Origin: an uncultured delta proteobacterium
GTDB taxonomy: Bacteria; Desulfobacterota; Binatia; UBA9968
Assembly (NCBI GenBank): GCA_963760795.1
Contig: CAVXEP010000019.1
Coordinates: 32,001-96,000 of the forward strand
Direction of reading: 5' to 3'
Length of the DNA stretch: 64,000 nucleotides
The notes beneath the pieces were generated by a model that saw nothing but the letters and a program-made list of their open reading frames with translations, did no database searches and had not been told where the DNA came from. Positions 20,207-30,470 of the stretch are shown in pieces. The position numbers were made by a program, and so were the translations under genes. How positions within the stretch are numbered: the first letter of the stretch is position 1; each line of letters starts with the position of its first letter.

Positions 20207-21838
20207 CTATTCCTGCGGGAATAACTGGTAGAACTTCTGCGCCGCTTCGGCGCTGCCGCAGATATACACGGAATCGTTGGTTTTAAATCTAAACTCAGCG
20301 CCAAATTCCACCAGCAACTCTTCGCCGCGCTCCACCGCGACCACGGTGCAGCCGGTTTTTTCCCGCAGGTCGTGTTGTTTCGGATGGAAATTCTCCAGGC
20401 GCCGGGTCGAAACTTTGACGACTCGCAGCTCGGGGTCCACCGCGATAGATTCCTTGCCGAGCAGCCGCAAGGCGAGCAGTTGTCCGGACACCTGGCTGAT
20501 CGACAGGGCGAAGTCGGCGCCGGCGGCATAAATTCTTTCGACGTTCTCGGCGCTGTTGACGCGGGCGATGACCGGCACGTCGGGCGCCAAGTCTTTGATG
20601 ATAACCGTACTGAAAAGTGTTGGGGCGTCGGCGCTCAGCGCGAGAATCACCGCTTGGACATTGTCCAGGCCCGCTTGTTTGAGAATCTGCGTGTCGAGCA
20701 CGTTGCCGACGAGATTGACGCCGGGGCCGGGCCGGCTATCGATGATGAAAGTCTCCTCGCCGCAGTCGGTGAGCAGCTCGGCGACTTTGCGGCCGACTTC
20801 GCCGCCGCCGGCGATCAGAAACGGCCCGTGGCGGCGCAGCTGGCGCGCGCCGGCGCACAGGTTCATGAAATTGCGGATGCTGTCGTCATTGCCGACCAAG
20901 ACGAGGATGCCGCCGGCTTCGAGGCGCATGTTCGGCGTCGGCGGTGCGATCAGTTTGCCGCCGACCCATTGGCCGATCACGGTAACGCCGGCGTGCTGGC
21001 CGAGTTCGGCCTCGGCCAGCGTCTTGCCGGCGAGGGGGCTATCGCGGGTGATGCGCGCTTCGGCAACTTGCAGCTTGTGGCCGAGGTGTTGAATGCCCGC
21101 CACCGTCGGGCTGACCTTCTGGCTGGCGCGCGCCGCTAACGCCGCGCCGAGCACATGGCGCGGCGTATAGGCGCTGCTGGCGCCGGCAAGGATGATCGGT
21201 TGGCGATGGAATGGGTCTTCGACCAGGGCGAGGATCTCGCCGTTGAAGCCAAGTTGCCGCGCCGCCAAGATCGTCGCGGCGTTGCGGTCGTCGCTGCTAT
21301 TCACAATCAGCGCGCGGGCCGCGCCGAGATTGGCTTTCCCGAGCACGCCTTCGTCGAGATTGCCGTAAATGACTTGATGTCCTTGTTCGAGCAAATGGCG
21401 CGCATCGTCTTCGTCTTCGTCGATGATCACAGTGGGAATATTGGTTTGCTTCAGCTCGGTAATCAGCGTGGCCACCGCCGGACCGTAGTCGAAGATCACC
21501 ACGTGATTCTTGGCGTTGGCCGATTCCTTCGGCAGCTTGGTTTCGAACCGTTCTTCGAGGAACGGAATCAGATAAATTGGAAAAACCAGGAAGAGCAGCA
21601 TCACCCCGATGAACTGGGCAATGACGACGTAGATGACCATCAACGGATGCTGCCAGGAAATATCGCCGCCATAACCGGTGGTCGATGCCGTGCCGGCGGC
21701 CCATTGCAGCGCCTGCCAGAACCCTCTCGGCTTGTTCTCGAGAAAATACATGCCGAGCATGTAGAGCAGCGACATGACCAGCAGCAGTAAAATGAGCGAG
21801 CCGAGCAGGATGATAAAACGATTATAGGAGCGTGGCAT
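20207..21838 (-). CDS. Potassium channel with duplicated RCK (TrkA_N/TrkA_C) domains
   Basis: Two TM helices around a TTGYG filter; NHVVIFDYG and IAGGGEVG Rossmann motifs; two TrkA_C-like segments. Confidence 0.9.
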   Translation of the reverse strand: MPRSYNRFIILLGSLILLLLVMSLLYMLGMYFLENKPRGFWQALQWAAGTASTTGYGGDISWQHPLMVIYVVIAQFIGVMLLFLVFPIYLIPFLEERFETKLPKESANAKNHVVIFDYGPAVATLITELKQTNIPTVIIDEDEDDARHLLEQGHQVIYGNLDEGVLGKANLGAARALIVNSSDDRNAATILAARQLGFNGEILALVEDPFHRQPIILAGASSAYTPRHVLGAALAARASQKVSPTVAGIQHLGHKLQVAEARITRDSPLAGKTLAEAELGQHAGVTVIGQWVGGKLIAPPTPNMRLEAGGILVLVGNDDSIRNFMNLCAGARQLRRHGPFLIAGGGEVGRKVAELLTDCGEETFIIDSRPGPGVNLVGNVLDTQILKQAGLDNVQAVILALSADAPTLFSTVIIKDLAPDVPVIARVNSAENVERIYAAGADFALSISQVSGQLLALRLLGKESIAVDPELRVVKVSTRRLENFHPKQHDLREKTGCTVVAVERGEELLVEFGAEFRFKTNDSVYICGSAEAAQKFYQLFPQE

Positions 21839-22036
21839 TACCGCCGGCTCCCAGCGTCGCGCGGTGGAACGGTTAGTTGCTGGTGATTGTAAAGGCTGGT
21901 GCGATCGATTCAGTGTTGCAGTTCTCTATGGCCATGCGTAAACCGTAGCCTTGCTTAGCATGGCACCGCGGGAATCTTCAACAAACTTTCGCACAAACCG
22001 CCGGTTTTGACGCTACGGCGATGGAAGTTAAGACTG

Positions 22037-22717
22037 CTACTTGAAGGTCTTGACCGACCAGCTGCCGGACTGATTGGCGCCGGTCCATAAGCCATTGATC
22101 GCTTCCTTGGCGGCCATCTCGAACATGTCGGAAAAGCGCAGCGTGCGCGAACCCGGCAGCTCAGCGGACCAACTGCCATTGAAATCGCCGCCACGGCCTT
22201 CGAGCGCGGCGCGCCAAGTGCCGTTCCAGCCGGTGCGATGCATCTGCGCCGACCAGTTGCCGCGCAGCGCGGTTGCGCCGCCGGCATCGCGCAATGTCCA
22301 AAAGCCGCGTGCTGCGCCACCCGTCGAACTCGGATCGACGGTATAACTGCCGCCGAAAGCTTTGCCGTCTTCGGTGACCGCGCCCCAATTGGACGACGCC
22401 GATTCTTTCTCCTTGAAAGAGTCCTTGACTTGACTGCTGACCATGACGTCCAGCGCGCGCACCCAACCGATCTGGCCTTGCTTGGTGCGCACCATGTACC
22501 AGATTTCCTGGCCAACGCTTTCCGCCATCGGCGTCAGCGCCTCGCCTTTTTGCAATCGCAGGATTGGCTCGGTCTCCAGATCCTGCTGCGCATAAAGCGG
22601 TGTGCCCGATTCTCGCGCCGTGAGCGCGGCGGGGGATTCGGCGCCGGGAAGGTTGTTTGAGGATGTTAGGAAGAGAAGAAAGCCAAGTAAGGCAACGTAG
22701 GTTGACGAAACGAACAT
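22037..22717 (-). CDS. Secreted protein with an SH3-like N-terminal domain
   Basis: Signal peptide; WYMVRTKQGQIGWV SH3b-like motif; C-terminal GxW repeats. Confidence 0.65.
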   Translation of the reverse strand: MFVSSTYVALLGFLLFLTSSNNLPGAESPAALTARESGTPLYAQQDLETEPILRLQKGEALTPMAESVGQEIWYMVRTKQGQIGWVRALDVMVSSQVKDSFKEKESASSNWGAVTEDGKAFGGSYTVDPSSTGGAARGFWTLRDAGGATALRGNWSAQMHRTGWNGTWRAALEGRGGDFNGSWSAELPGSRTLRFSDMFEMAAKEAINGLWTGANQSGSWSVKTFK

Positions 22718-23149
22718 TCATAGACAAATTCTCCGTGGATACCGACCGACGTTCAGCGGACGTACCGTCCGCTGAAGACATTCTACATGATTATCTGTTT
22801 AGCCGTCACTCCCAGGATTTATCCGATGAGTCTTACGATTAATCCTGGGGTATCTGCCCGCCACAACTCGTGAGCAAAATCCTCAACCTAGGGGGTCGTT
22901 GCTCACTATTTGGGGTTTAAGTTTTAAATCTGAATCCGAGTTCTACCAACTCATCTGCCCCGATTCTCAAGGCGTGTTTCTTACAGCAATGTCTTCTAAG
23001 TTCCTTCAATTTAAAAGAACAAGAATCCCGATAGTGACCTGACTTGTTCTCCGGGTTCACTCTCGTATATCGTATATAGGTCAAGTTAGGATGTCGCCAC
23101 ACACTATGGTTTGAATAGAATTCTCGTGAGTGAGTCTAGGAGAAGCAGT

Positions 23150-25117
23150 ATGAAGTTACCGCTGGAGCAAGAAGTTATGCGGGCCAAGTGTGTTCATCCA
23201 TACGGAGAGTTTATCGAGTTTCCCGCAGAGGATGTCGAGACGTCGATTCCTGAACGGTTTGAGAAGATTGTACGGATGTACCCCGATCGATTGGCAGTGA
23301 AGGTGGGTGAGCGCGCACTAACCTACTTTGAGTTGAACAAAGTGGCAAACCAAATCGCTCGTTCGATTCTGGCGAGGCGAGGGCAAGGCAGCGAACCGAT
23401 AGCGCTCCTCTTTGAGCATGGGATCGAAGTCGTTGCTGCGATTCTAGGAGTGCTGAAGGCCGGCAAATTTTATGTTGCTATGGATATTGACAGTCCCAGA
23501 GAACGGGTCACGCGCGTTATAAAAGATTCGGGGATTCACCTGATCGTTACAAACAGCCAAGATCGAACTCTAAGGCAATCCATCAACGGCGGAATCGCCG
23601 GGTTGCTAACGACCGACGAATTCGATGTCTCCACGAGGGATTCGGAAAACTTGGGCATCGCAATCGCATCGAGTGATGTCTCGGGGATTGTCTACACTTC
23701 AGGTACAACAGGTGAACCCAAGGGTGCTATTGAGACCCATGGATACCGGCTCCATGTTTCACGGGGTCACACCAATTTGGTTCATATTTGTCCGGAAGAT
23801 AGATTGAGCCTTGTACATTCCATTAGCTTTGGATCTGGCCTAATACAAGTATTTCGTTCGTTACTCAATGGAGCATCTCTCTTTCCTTTCGATCTGAAAT
23901 CGCGCGGTATTGATCAGTTTACAAAATGGGTGAATCAGGAAAAGATCTCGATAGCTCATTTACCGACAAGCGCTATTCGCCGTCTCGCCGACTCGCCTGA
24001 ATCGAAAGCGCGGCTTAAAAGTCTCCGAGTGATCCATCTATCCGGGTCGCCCATAACAGAGTATGACTTCGACGTGTATAAAGAATATTTTCCTGCAAGT
24101 GCGTTCCTTGCGATTACGATGGGTGCCACCGGCGGTGGCACGATCTGTTCGTGTATACTGGATAATACTTTTATTTTTCCGACGGAAGGAACGCCACTCG
24201 GTTTTCCCGTAGAAGGGATCGAAGTTTTCATAATCGACGAACACGGGAAAGGGGTAGGGCTAAATCAAGACGGAGAGATTGCAGCAAGAAACCGTTTTCT
24301 CGGAGCCGGCTATTGGGGACAGCCAGAACTTTCCAAAGCCCACTTTGTATCCAACCGTAGTGGTAACGAGGAACCGATTTATCTGACCGGAGACCTGGGC
24401 CGTAGAAGGCCCGATGGCTTACTAATATATCTCGGACGTAAGGATCTGATGGTAAAGATTCGCGGTTTCCGAGTTGAGTTGGGCGAAATCGAAAGCACGT
24501 TGCTCAAACATCCGGAGGTGAGAGCAGCGGGAGTCAGAGCTTGGGATCAAGAATCGGGAGAGAAATATTTAGCGGCGTACGTAGTTCCTAGAACACATAC
24601 AAGACCGACGGTGGATGAGTTGCGCGAGTTCTTGAAGCAGACTCTTCCTGACTACATGATTCCGTCAGCGTTCGTCTTCGTGGACGATCTTCCTTTGACA
24701 AACGGCAAGCTGGACCGAACGGCTTTGCCGAAACCAGGTAACGAACGACCTGAGATGAAGACGCAGTATGCAATCGCTCGCGGCGAAGTCGAGCAGACCT
24801 TGGTAGGCATCTGGGAACAAGTGCTTGACGTTCGTCCAATCGGAATTCATGACAACTTTTTCGACCTAGGCGGTCATTCACTTGCAGCCACCCGAGTTGT
24901 CTCTTCGGTCATCAGCCGATTTCAGTTAGAGATACCGCTTCAATCTTTGTTTCAATCCCCCACGGTGGCGGAGATGGCTGTCATCATCACGCAGAACCAA
25001 ACGAGGCGGGCAGGCGACGCCGAGCTAGCGGGGATGTTTCGCGAGGTGGAGGCGATGACGGAGGAAGAAGCGCAGCGGTATGTGGACGAAATTAATTTGA
25101 CAGTCTCGAAGAAGTAG
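23150..25117 (+). CDS. Standalone NRPS-like adenylation-PCP didomain protein
   Basis: YTSGTTGEPKG (A3), YLTGDLG (A7), GRKDLMVKIRGFRVELGEIE (A8), NGKLDR (A10), DNFFDLGGHSL (PCP Ser); no C or TE domain. Confidence 0.9.
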   Translation: MKLPLEQEVMRAKCVHPYGEFIEFPAEDVETSIPERFEKIVRMYPDRLAVKVGERALTYFELNKVANQIARSILARRGQGSEPIALLFEHGIEVVAAILGVLKAGKFYVAMDIDSPRERVTRVIKDSGIHLIVTNSQDRTLRQSINGGIAGLLTTDEFDVSTRDSENLGIAIASSDVSGIVYTSGTTGEPKGAIETHGYRLHVSRGHTNLVHICPEDRLSLVHSISFGSGLIQVFRSLLNGASLFPFDLKSRGIDQFTKWVNQEKISIAHLPTSAIRRLADSPESKARLKSLRVIHLSGSPITEYDFDVYKEYFPASAFLAITMGATGGGTICSCILDNTFIFPTEGTPLGFPVEGIEVFIIDEHGKGVGLNQDGEIAARNRFLGAGYWGQPELSKAHFVSNRSGNEEPIYLTGDLGRRRPDGLLIYLGRKDLMVKIRGFRVELGEIESTLLKHPEVRAAGVRAWDQESGEKYLAAYVVPRTHTRPTVDELREFLKQTLPDYMIPSAFVFVDDLPLTNGKLDRTALPKPGNERPEMKTQYAIARGEVEQTLVGIWEQVLDVRPIGIHDNFFDLGGHSLAATRVVSSVISRFQLEIPLQSLFQSPTVAEMAVIITQNQTRRAGDAELAGMFREVEAMTEEEAQRYVDEINLTVSKK

Positions 25118-25849
25118 CTTGCGGTCTTTAGCCATTTGTCCGTGTACGATCTTCCTAGAAAATCGATTTAAAGTATCGCCGCAGTTAAAGTCGGACCGGT
25201 ATCGGTGATCGGGCGATGTCCTCCATCCGCAGGCCAGTATTGAACTGATTGTACAGGGTGTATCCTTAATGCGAGTGTAAGGTGTCGCGACAATAGCAAT
25301 GAGAGTCGGGCGTATTCAGGATAAAAGCCGTTGGACTAAGGTGTTGGGTGAAGCAGCGACGGTTGGCTATGGGGATTGGAACCCTGGCAGGGAATCAAAC
25401 CAACATCGCCGTGGTGGTGATCATATGATGAACGGGGGCGCATTCGGTAGTCGGGTCGGCGTCATGTATTGTCCAGAGGTGTCATGCAAGACCCGGCCCT
25501 CGTCGGCTCCAAAGAGACGCTCTAGGAGGTAATCGATGCGTCCTCAGTTCATTCGGTCACGACGCCTTCCCGTAGGTGGCGGTCGGTGGTAGGTGGTGAG
25601 TTTGTATTGCCACGACGGGTGACTGCGAGACCGGCCCCGAGTCAAGAAATTCGATTGACGTGGACAAGGCCACCAGCAGTGTCGGGCAGTGATCGAAAAT
25701 GAGACGCCATGCCCGGCCTCTAGTCCACCGCGAAAACAGTTTTAGTACTCTTCTCCTTGTGGCATACCCACTGCGGGTCCACGGAACAGCCGTGGATATC
25801 AGCCGGCTCTTCAACGTCCTAGCCGCCAAAGTCAGACGGGAGCTATGAG

Positions 25850-26599
25850 ATGAAAACCTACGTTCAGTGGGCCATCGGTTCCCTGTACCTTACGCTCGCT
25901 GCCTTTTGTAGCGCTGCCGGGTTCACGCCTGTTCCGTTCAACTGCAGCATGGCGCAAGGTTCTCTAGTTACGAATCTAGACCAACGAATAGAAGTCTCGG
26001 CTACAGGGTTTTCGGTCCTCCCTCCGCGAGGCGAAAATTGGTGCGTCAAATCCCTGGCCTCGTAAGGGCTCAGTTTCTTGAAAGCCCCGGTGACCGTGGC
26101 AGTTTTCGGACAGCCGTCATCGCCAGATGAGCTTTTCCCAGTGGCACTACAAGCGATTCGATTCACGGGCCTCGCAGTGGGCCTTCCAGACTTTGGTTTC
26201 AATATCGAATCACCGGAGCAAGTGAAATTCGCAGTTGACGAAATGATAAGCATGCATGTCTTCTCTCAATTTGTCGGAGGGATTAGTTCTGCCGAGCGTC
26301 GTTACCAGCTGTTAGAGTCACATTCGCAGGTAGACGGGTCCTTTGGTGCAAGCTGCGTCCGGTTTGACGCGAAAGTGGAAGCGCGAGGCATGCACCAAGC
26401 CCCCTCCGGCTTTGTCATGATACTAAACTTCTCCAACAATTTAATATGTGCCTACCCACAACCCGCGTCTTCTAAGCGCGGTTTGCTATGGATCAGCTTT
26501 GTGGAGACTTACCAAGAGGGCGCGCAGTCAGCTGCCGATACGGTGAGGCGGGAAGTCGAGCCATTTTTGCGGAGTCTGCAATTTATCACCTCTCGTTAA
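25850..26599 (+). pseudogene. Secreted hypothetical protein interrupted by an in-frame TAA at 26063-26065
   Basis: ORFs 25850-26065 and 26078-26599 share a frame; N-terminal signal-peptide-like segment. Confidence 0.55.
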
Positions 26600-26644
26600 C
26601 ACTGCGGGAAGCAATCGCCATCAGTAACTCAAGATGAAAGCTTT

Positions 26645-26674
26645 GTAGGTCGGGTTAGCGCAGCGTAACCCGAC
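26645..26674 (+). repeat. GTAG-type REP
   Basis: gtag-gtcgggttagcgcagcgtaacccgac hairpin between convergent genes. Confidence 0.75.
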
Positions 26675-26862
26675 CCCTCCAAATTGTCGGAATTTCTTTC
26701 CCATGGCGGAATTTCACTCTCCTACCTCGTCGACGGCAGCGCGACCACGAAACGTGTCTGGCTGAACCCCGGGGGGATGCTCAGTGTGAACTGGATCGAT
26801 AACGCGAGCAGAAACAGTCGCGCGTTCATGGCATTCTCCGTACGGCGTCTGGCGATGCGGCT

Positions 26863-27909
26863 TTATCTTTTACTGACCGCCACGGGTTTCTTCGGCACAT
26901 TCTTTTCCACCCAGGCTAATATCCAGTCGGCGACTTGGAGATTGTTTAGATCCATCATCATCATGTGGGTGTTGCCGCGTATCCCTTGTTCATAGGTGCC
27001 CAGGAACGTCGATTTGCCGCTGGCGGTGTTGATGGCGGCGACGGTTTTGCGGCAGTGTTCTTCACCGTTCCACTCGTGATCGCCGGCGACCACAAGCATC
27101 GGCACTTTGGCGATGATTTTGATTTGTTCCGGATCCAGATCGCAGCCGGTTCGGCCTTCGACGTTGACAAAGCCTTTGACCAAGTCGGGGCGCGCGACGG
27201 CGGTCAGCGCGCCGTAGACGCCGGACTGGGAGTGGACCATCAAGATCGACGGGCCGATTTTTTCCATTAGCACGATGAGCGCGTCAACGGTCTTGCGCGG
27301 CGGCTGCGGCAGTGTCGCTTCGGTGTTGGGCACGAGCTGGGCCATGTATTGGTCTAGATAGTCCTTGGGAAACTTCGAATCGGGCCACCATTCATCGGCC
27401 TTGGGGCCGAAGCGAAAGATCGACCAGGCGCGCTCGTAGGTGAACTGCACGATGCCGCCTTTGGGTATCAGCTTGGCGTCGCCTTTGGTTTCGGCGTTGT
27501 TGATCGGCGCGGTGTTCCAGCCGGAGCGGGCGCGGCCGACCTGATCGACGATGTAAACGGAATAACCCTTGCGCAGGAAATGCTGCTTCCAGCCGTCGCG
27601 GCCGTCGGGCGTGGTGTCGTAGGTTTTGCCGGTGTGGCCCGAGCCATGCACCATGATCACCGGCCAAGCGCCGGTTTTTGGTTTCTGCGGGATGGCGTAT
27701 TCGACGTACATTTGGTTGACGACGATGCGCCCGCCGGGATTGTCGCCGCCGGGGTTGTCGGTCTGGAACACTTCGCCGTTGACGAAGAAGCTGCCGGCTT
27801 CTGTGAGCACCGGCGGCGGCGCCGCAGCGACGTTGGACGAGGCGAACAAGACCGACGCAACCGACTTCGCACGAGAATGTTTCTTGCGCGTAGCTAGTTT
27901 TTTTTTCAT
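26863..27909 (-). CDS. Alpha/beta-fold hydrolase (esterase-like)
   Basis: MVHGSG, TTPDGRDGW, VDQVGRARS, VHSQSG nucleophile, GNTHMMM. Confidence 0.85.
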   Translation of the reverse strand: MKKKLATRKKHSRAKSVASVLFASSNVAAAPPPVLTEAGSFFVNGEVFQTDNPGGDNPGGRIVVNQMYVEYAIPQKPKTGAWPVIMVHGSGHTGKTYDTTPDGRDGWKQHFLRKGYSVYIVDQVGRARSGWNTAPINNAETKGDAKLIPKGGIVQFTYERAWSIFRFGPKADEWWPDSKFPKDYLDQYMAQLVPNTEATLPQPPRKTVDALIVLMEKIGPSILMVHSQSGVYGALTAVARPDLVKGFVNVEGRTGCDLDPEQIKIIAKVPMLVVAGDHEWNGEEHCRKTVAAINTASGKSTFLGTYEQGIRGNTHMMMMDLNNLQVADWILAWVEKNVPKKPVAVSKR

Positions 27910-28013
27910 GACTGGTTCTCCGCTAACGAAAGCCTGGCAAAGCCATAGCGCATCGCCCAGCGGTGAACAAGGCGATTGTCAACGCAAGAATTGGCAAGAT
28001 CGGTTTCGGCAGG

Positions 28014-28110
28014 TTGGCCGCACGCTTCGACGGTGCTCAGGGCGATCGGGACGCATAGGACCCAAAGAAAGAACAGAGAAATGTCGGGGCGGGTTCGAAA
28101 CCCGCCCTCA
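28014..28110. repeat. REP-like cluster
   Basis: 40-nt unit shared with 20001-20040, plus a gggcgggttcgaaacccgccc hairpin. Confidence 0.7.
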
Positions 28111-28267
28111 ACCGATGCACCGGTGTGGGTTATAAGGGAAGATTTGCGCGGACCAGGCAAATCTTCAATGATCGTATTACGAAGCGCACGAAGTTATCTG
28201 GGCAAGGCGTGCCTTGCCCTTCTGATCGAACCCTTCGCGTCCGTCGCGATCTTCGCGTTGCGGTCGT

Positions 28268-28513
28268 TTACGCGTGAGCGTGGGCGTCGACTCGCCGGTG
28301 CGCCACAGCGTGTTCTTTTTCTTCCAACGCGAGCATGGCGAAGTTGGCGGCGATCAGTGCGCCGATGCACAGGCCGGCAGCCAAGCCGAATATCACTGAG
28401 ACAAGTATCTCCGGAAAGCTGCCTGCGGCCAGAGCGTCCGAAGCGGCGATCCAGGTGATCGGCAATGCGAACAGCCCGCCGACGATGATGCCCTGAATAA
28501 GATGCCGGTTCAT
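28268..28513 (-). CDS. Small two-TM membrane hypothetical protein
   Basis: 81-aa ORF with a GGAGG RBS, two hydrophobic helices and a His-rich tail. Confidence 0.65.
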   Translation of the reverse strand: MNRHLIQGIIVGGLFALPITWIAASDALAAGSFPEILVSVIFGLAAGLCIGALIAANFAMLALEEKEHAVAHRRVDAHAHA

Positions 28514-28552
28514 AGATAACCTCCGATTAAAAGTTTCTTGCATCGGCTATTC

Positions 28553-28569
28553 TGCAACAGCGATGCCAA
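28553..28569 (-). promoter_or_regulatory. Sigma-54 (-24/-12) promoter
   Basis: Minus strand reads TTGGCATCGCTGTTGCA, with GG and GC 10 nt apart, about 40 nt upstream of the ATG at 28513; AT-rich tract further upstream. Confidence 0.65.
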
Positions 28570-28764
28570 ACTCCTCGGCGGTGAAACTAACGAAATTAAA
28601 CAAGATTGTGGCGGGTCGTTCTCATTAGAAAGAACTGCAACGTGGCTATTTCTAAATTTTAAGAATGGGTGATATTTTGAGAAAACCGCCGGGATGAAGT
28701 CGGCCGGTTACCATAATCGTCCGTCTAACATAAATGATTAACCCGGTAGCAATCAGCGCCGTTC

Positions 28765-29241
28765 ATGAATAACCCGGAATCAATCGTCGGCGTGGAAGAA
28801 TTGCGGCTAGCCAGCCTGCGGAAGATCCTCCTAGGGATTTTGGCGTTTGGGATGATCGGCACTGTGACGGAACTGATCTTGCTCAAGCATCGCGAGGATA
28901 TTTATCAGTGGATACCGTTGGTGCTGCTTGGGGTTGGTTTACCCGTGCTGGCTTGGCAAGGTGTGCGCGGTGGCGTGCTCTGTCTTCGGCTGCTTCGCTG
29001 GTTGATGTGCGGCTTTGTTGCCGCCGGCATTGCCGGTGTCTATTTTCACTTTCAAGGCAGCGCCGAGTTTAAACTGGAATCGCAACCTAATCTGGCTGGT
29101 ATGGCGCTTTTTTGGGCGGCGATCGGCGCCAAGGCGCCGCCGCTGCTGGCGCCGGGCTCGATGGTGCAGTTGGGTCTCTTGGGTCTGGCGTATACTTATA
29201 AACATCCGGCACTCAAACGTTCGCAGCGCAAAGGAGAATAA
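28765..29241 (+). CDS. Four-TM membrane protein of unknown function
   Basis: Hydrophobic helices; ELILLKH, GVYFH and PPLLAPG motifs. Confidence 0.75.
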   Translation: MNNPESIVGVEELRLASLRKILLGILAFGMIGTVTELILLKHREDIYQWIPLVLLGVGLPVLAWQGVRGGVLCLRLLRWLMCGFVAAGIAGVYFHFQGSAEFKLESQPNLAGMALFWAAIGAKAPPLLAPGSMVQLGLLGLAYTYKHPALKRSQRKGE

Positions 29242-29242
29242 G

Positions 29243-29887
29243 ATGTTGCAGTCGAAAAAGTTTTTCTTCGGGTTGGTTAGTTTTCTTGCGCTCGCTGTCG
29301 GCGCGATGGATTTTAGCCACGGTCAAGTTGGCCAATCGCAACTGGTCAATCCCGACCTGGCCAGCGAGAAAGAATTGCTCGCCCTGCCGCATATGAACGC
29401 TGCGGTCGTCAAGAGCATTCTCGAACAGCGGCCGTTTCTTAAAATGGCCGATCTCCACGCGCTGCTGTCGAAAACATTGAGCAATGCGCAATTGGCCGAT
29501 CTGTACGGCAAGATGTTTGTCCAGATCAATGTGAACACCGCGAGCGACGAAGAAATACTGTTGATCCCCGGCGCCGGCAGCCGCATGACGCGCGAGTTGC
29601 GCGATAAGCGTCCCTACAAAACCCTGGCGCAGTTCCGTAACGAGATCGGCAAAAGTGCCGATCCGAAAGAGGTGGCGCGTTTGGAACAGTATGTTTTCGT
29701 GCCGATCAATCTTAACAGCGCCAGCGATGACGACATTCTGTCGGTTCCCGGCGCCGGTAAGCGCATGGTGCGAGAGTTCAAAGAATACCGCCCCTGGACT
29801 ACCTTCGAACAGTTCCGCAAAGAGATCGGCAAGTACGTCGACAAGAAAGAAGTGGCGCGGCTGGAAAAGTACGTCACGCTCAATTGA
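29243..29887 (+). CDS. Secreted ComEA-like helix-hairpin-helix repeat protein
   Basis: Signal peptide; three units VNPDLASEKELLALP / INVNTASDEEILLIPGAG / INLNSASDDDILSVPGAG. Confidence 0.8.
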   Translation: MLQSKKFFFGLVSFLALAVGAMDFSHGQVGQSQLVNPDLASEKELLALPHMNAAVVKSILEQRPFLKMADLHALLSKTLSNAQLADLYGKMFVQINVNTASDEEILLIPGAGSRMTRELRDKRPYKTLAQFRNEIGKSADPKEVARLEQYVFVPINLNSASDDDILSVPGAGKRMVREFKEYRPWTTFEQFRKEIGKYVDKKEVARLEKYVTLN

Positions 29888-29912
29888 CATTTTCTACTAC
29901 TACAAACGAAGA

Positions 29913-30285
29913 TGGATGCCGGTTTTCACCGGCGTGACGGCGGGAGGCGTAGTGAGAGCGATGGTAGCGATGAGTGAAATTTCGGCGTGCAACGAATAAG
30001 CATGTTTGCACCACAGAGGTCACAGAGAACACAGAGGGGTTAGAAATAAATTTTCTCTGTGGTCGCGGTGTGCTCTGTGGCGAATTATCTTCGGTGTTTT
30101 CAGACGAGATCCCTCACATCCGTTCGGGATGACAGCCACGACAGCAGCCCGTTGTCAAATCGAGCGAAGCGAGAAATTTTTGCGGTTCCGCGCGTACCCA
30201 TCCGTCATTCCGGCGCAGGCCGGAATCCAGGTTTAGCGAGCGAAACGAAGCCGAAGATGGATGCCGGTTTTCACCGGCATGACGG
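29913..30285. repeat. Cluster of REP-like palindromes
   Basis: gaagatggatgccggttttcaccggc twice; caccacagag...ctctgtggcg; gtcattccggcgcaggccggaatc. Confidence 0.7.
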
Positions 30286-30470
30286 ACAGTGAACGCGGGA
30301 CGAGTGTCACCGCTGGCGCATTAGCCAAGGCGACACGCGCGGCCTTGGGTTAATTCTCCTACTCATTCGGTTACCTCTCGAAGCTCGACCGCTGCTATTC
30401 TATGTCAAGATTTGCCGGCTGATACGCCGGCGCATCGTCAGTTCAATGGCGACGGACGTGGAGGTGGGTC

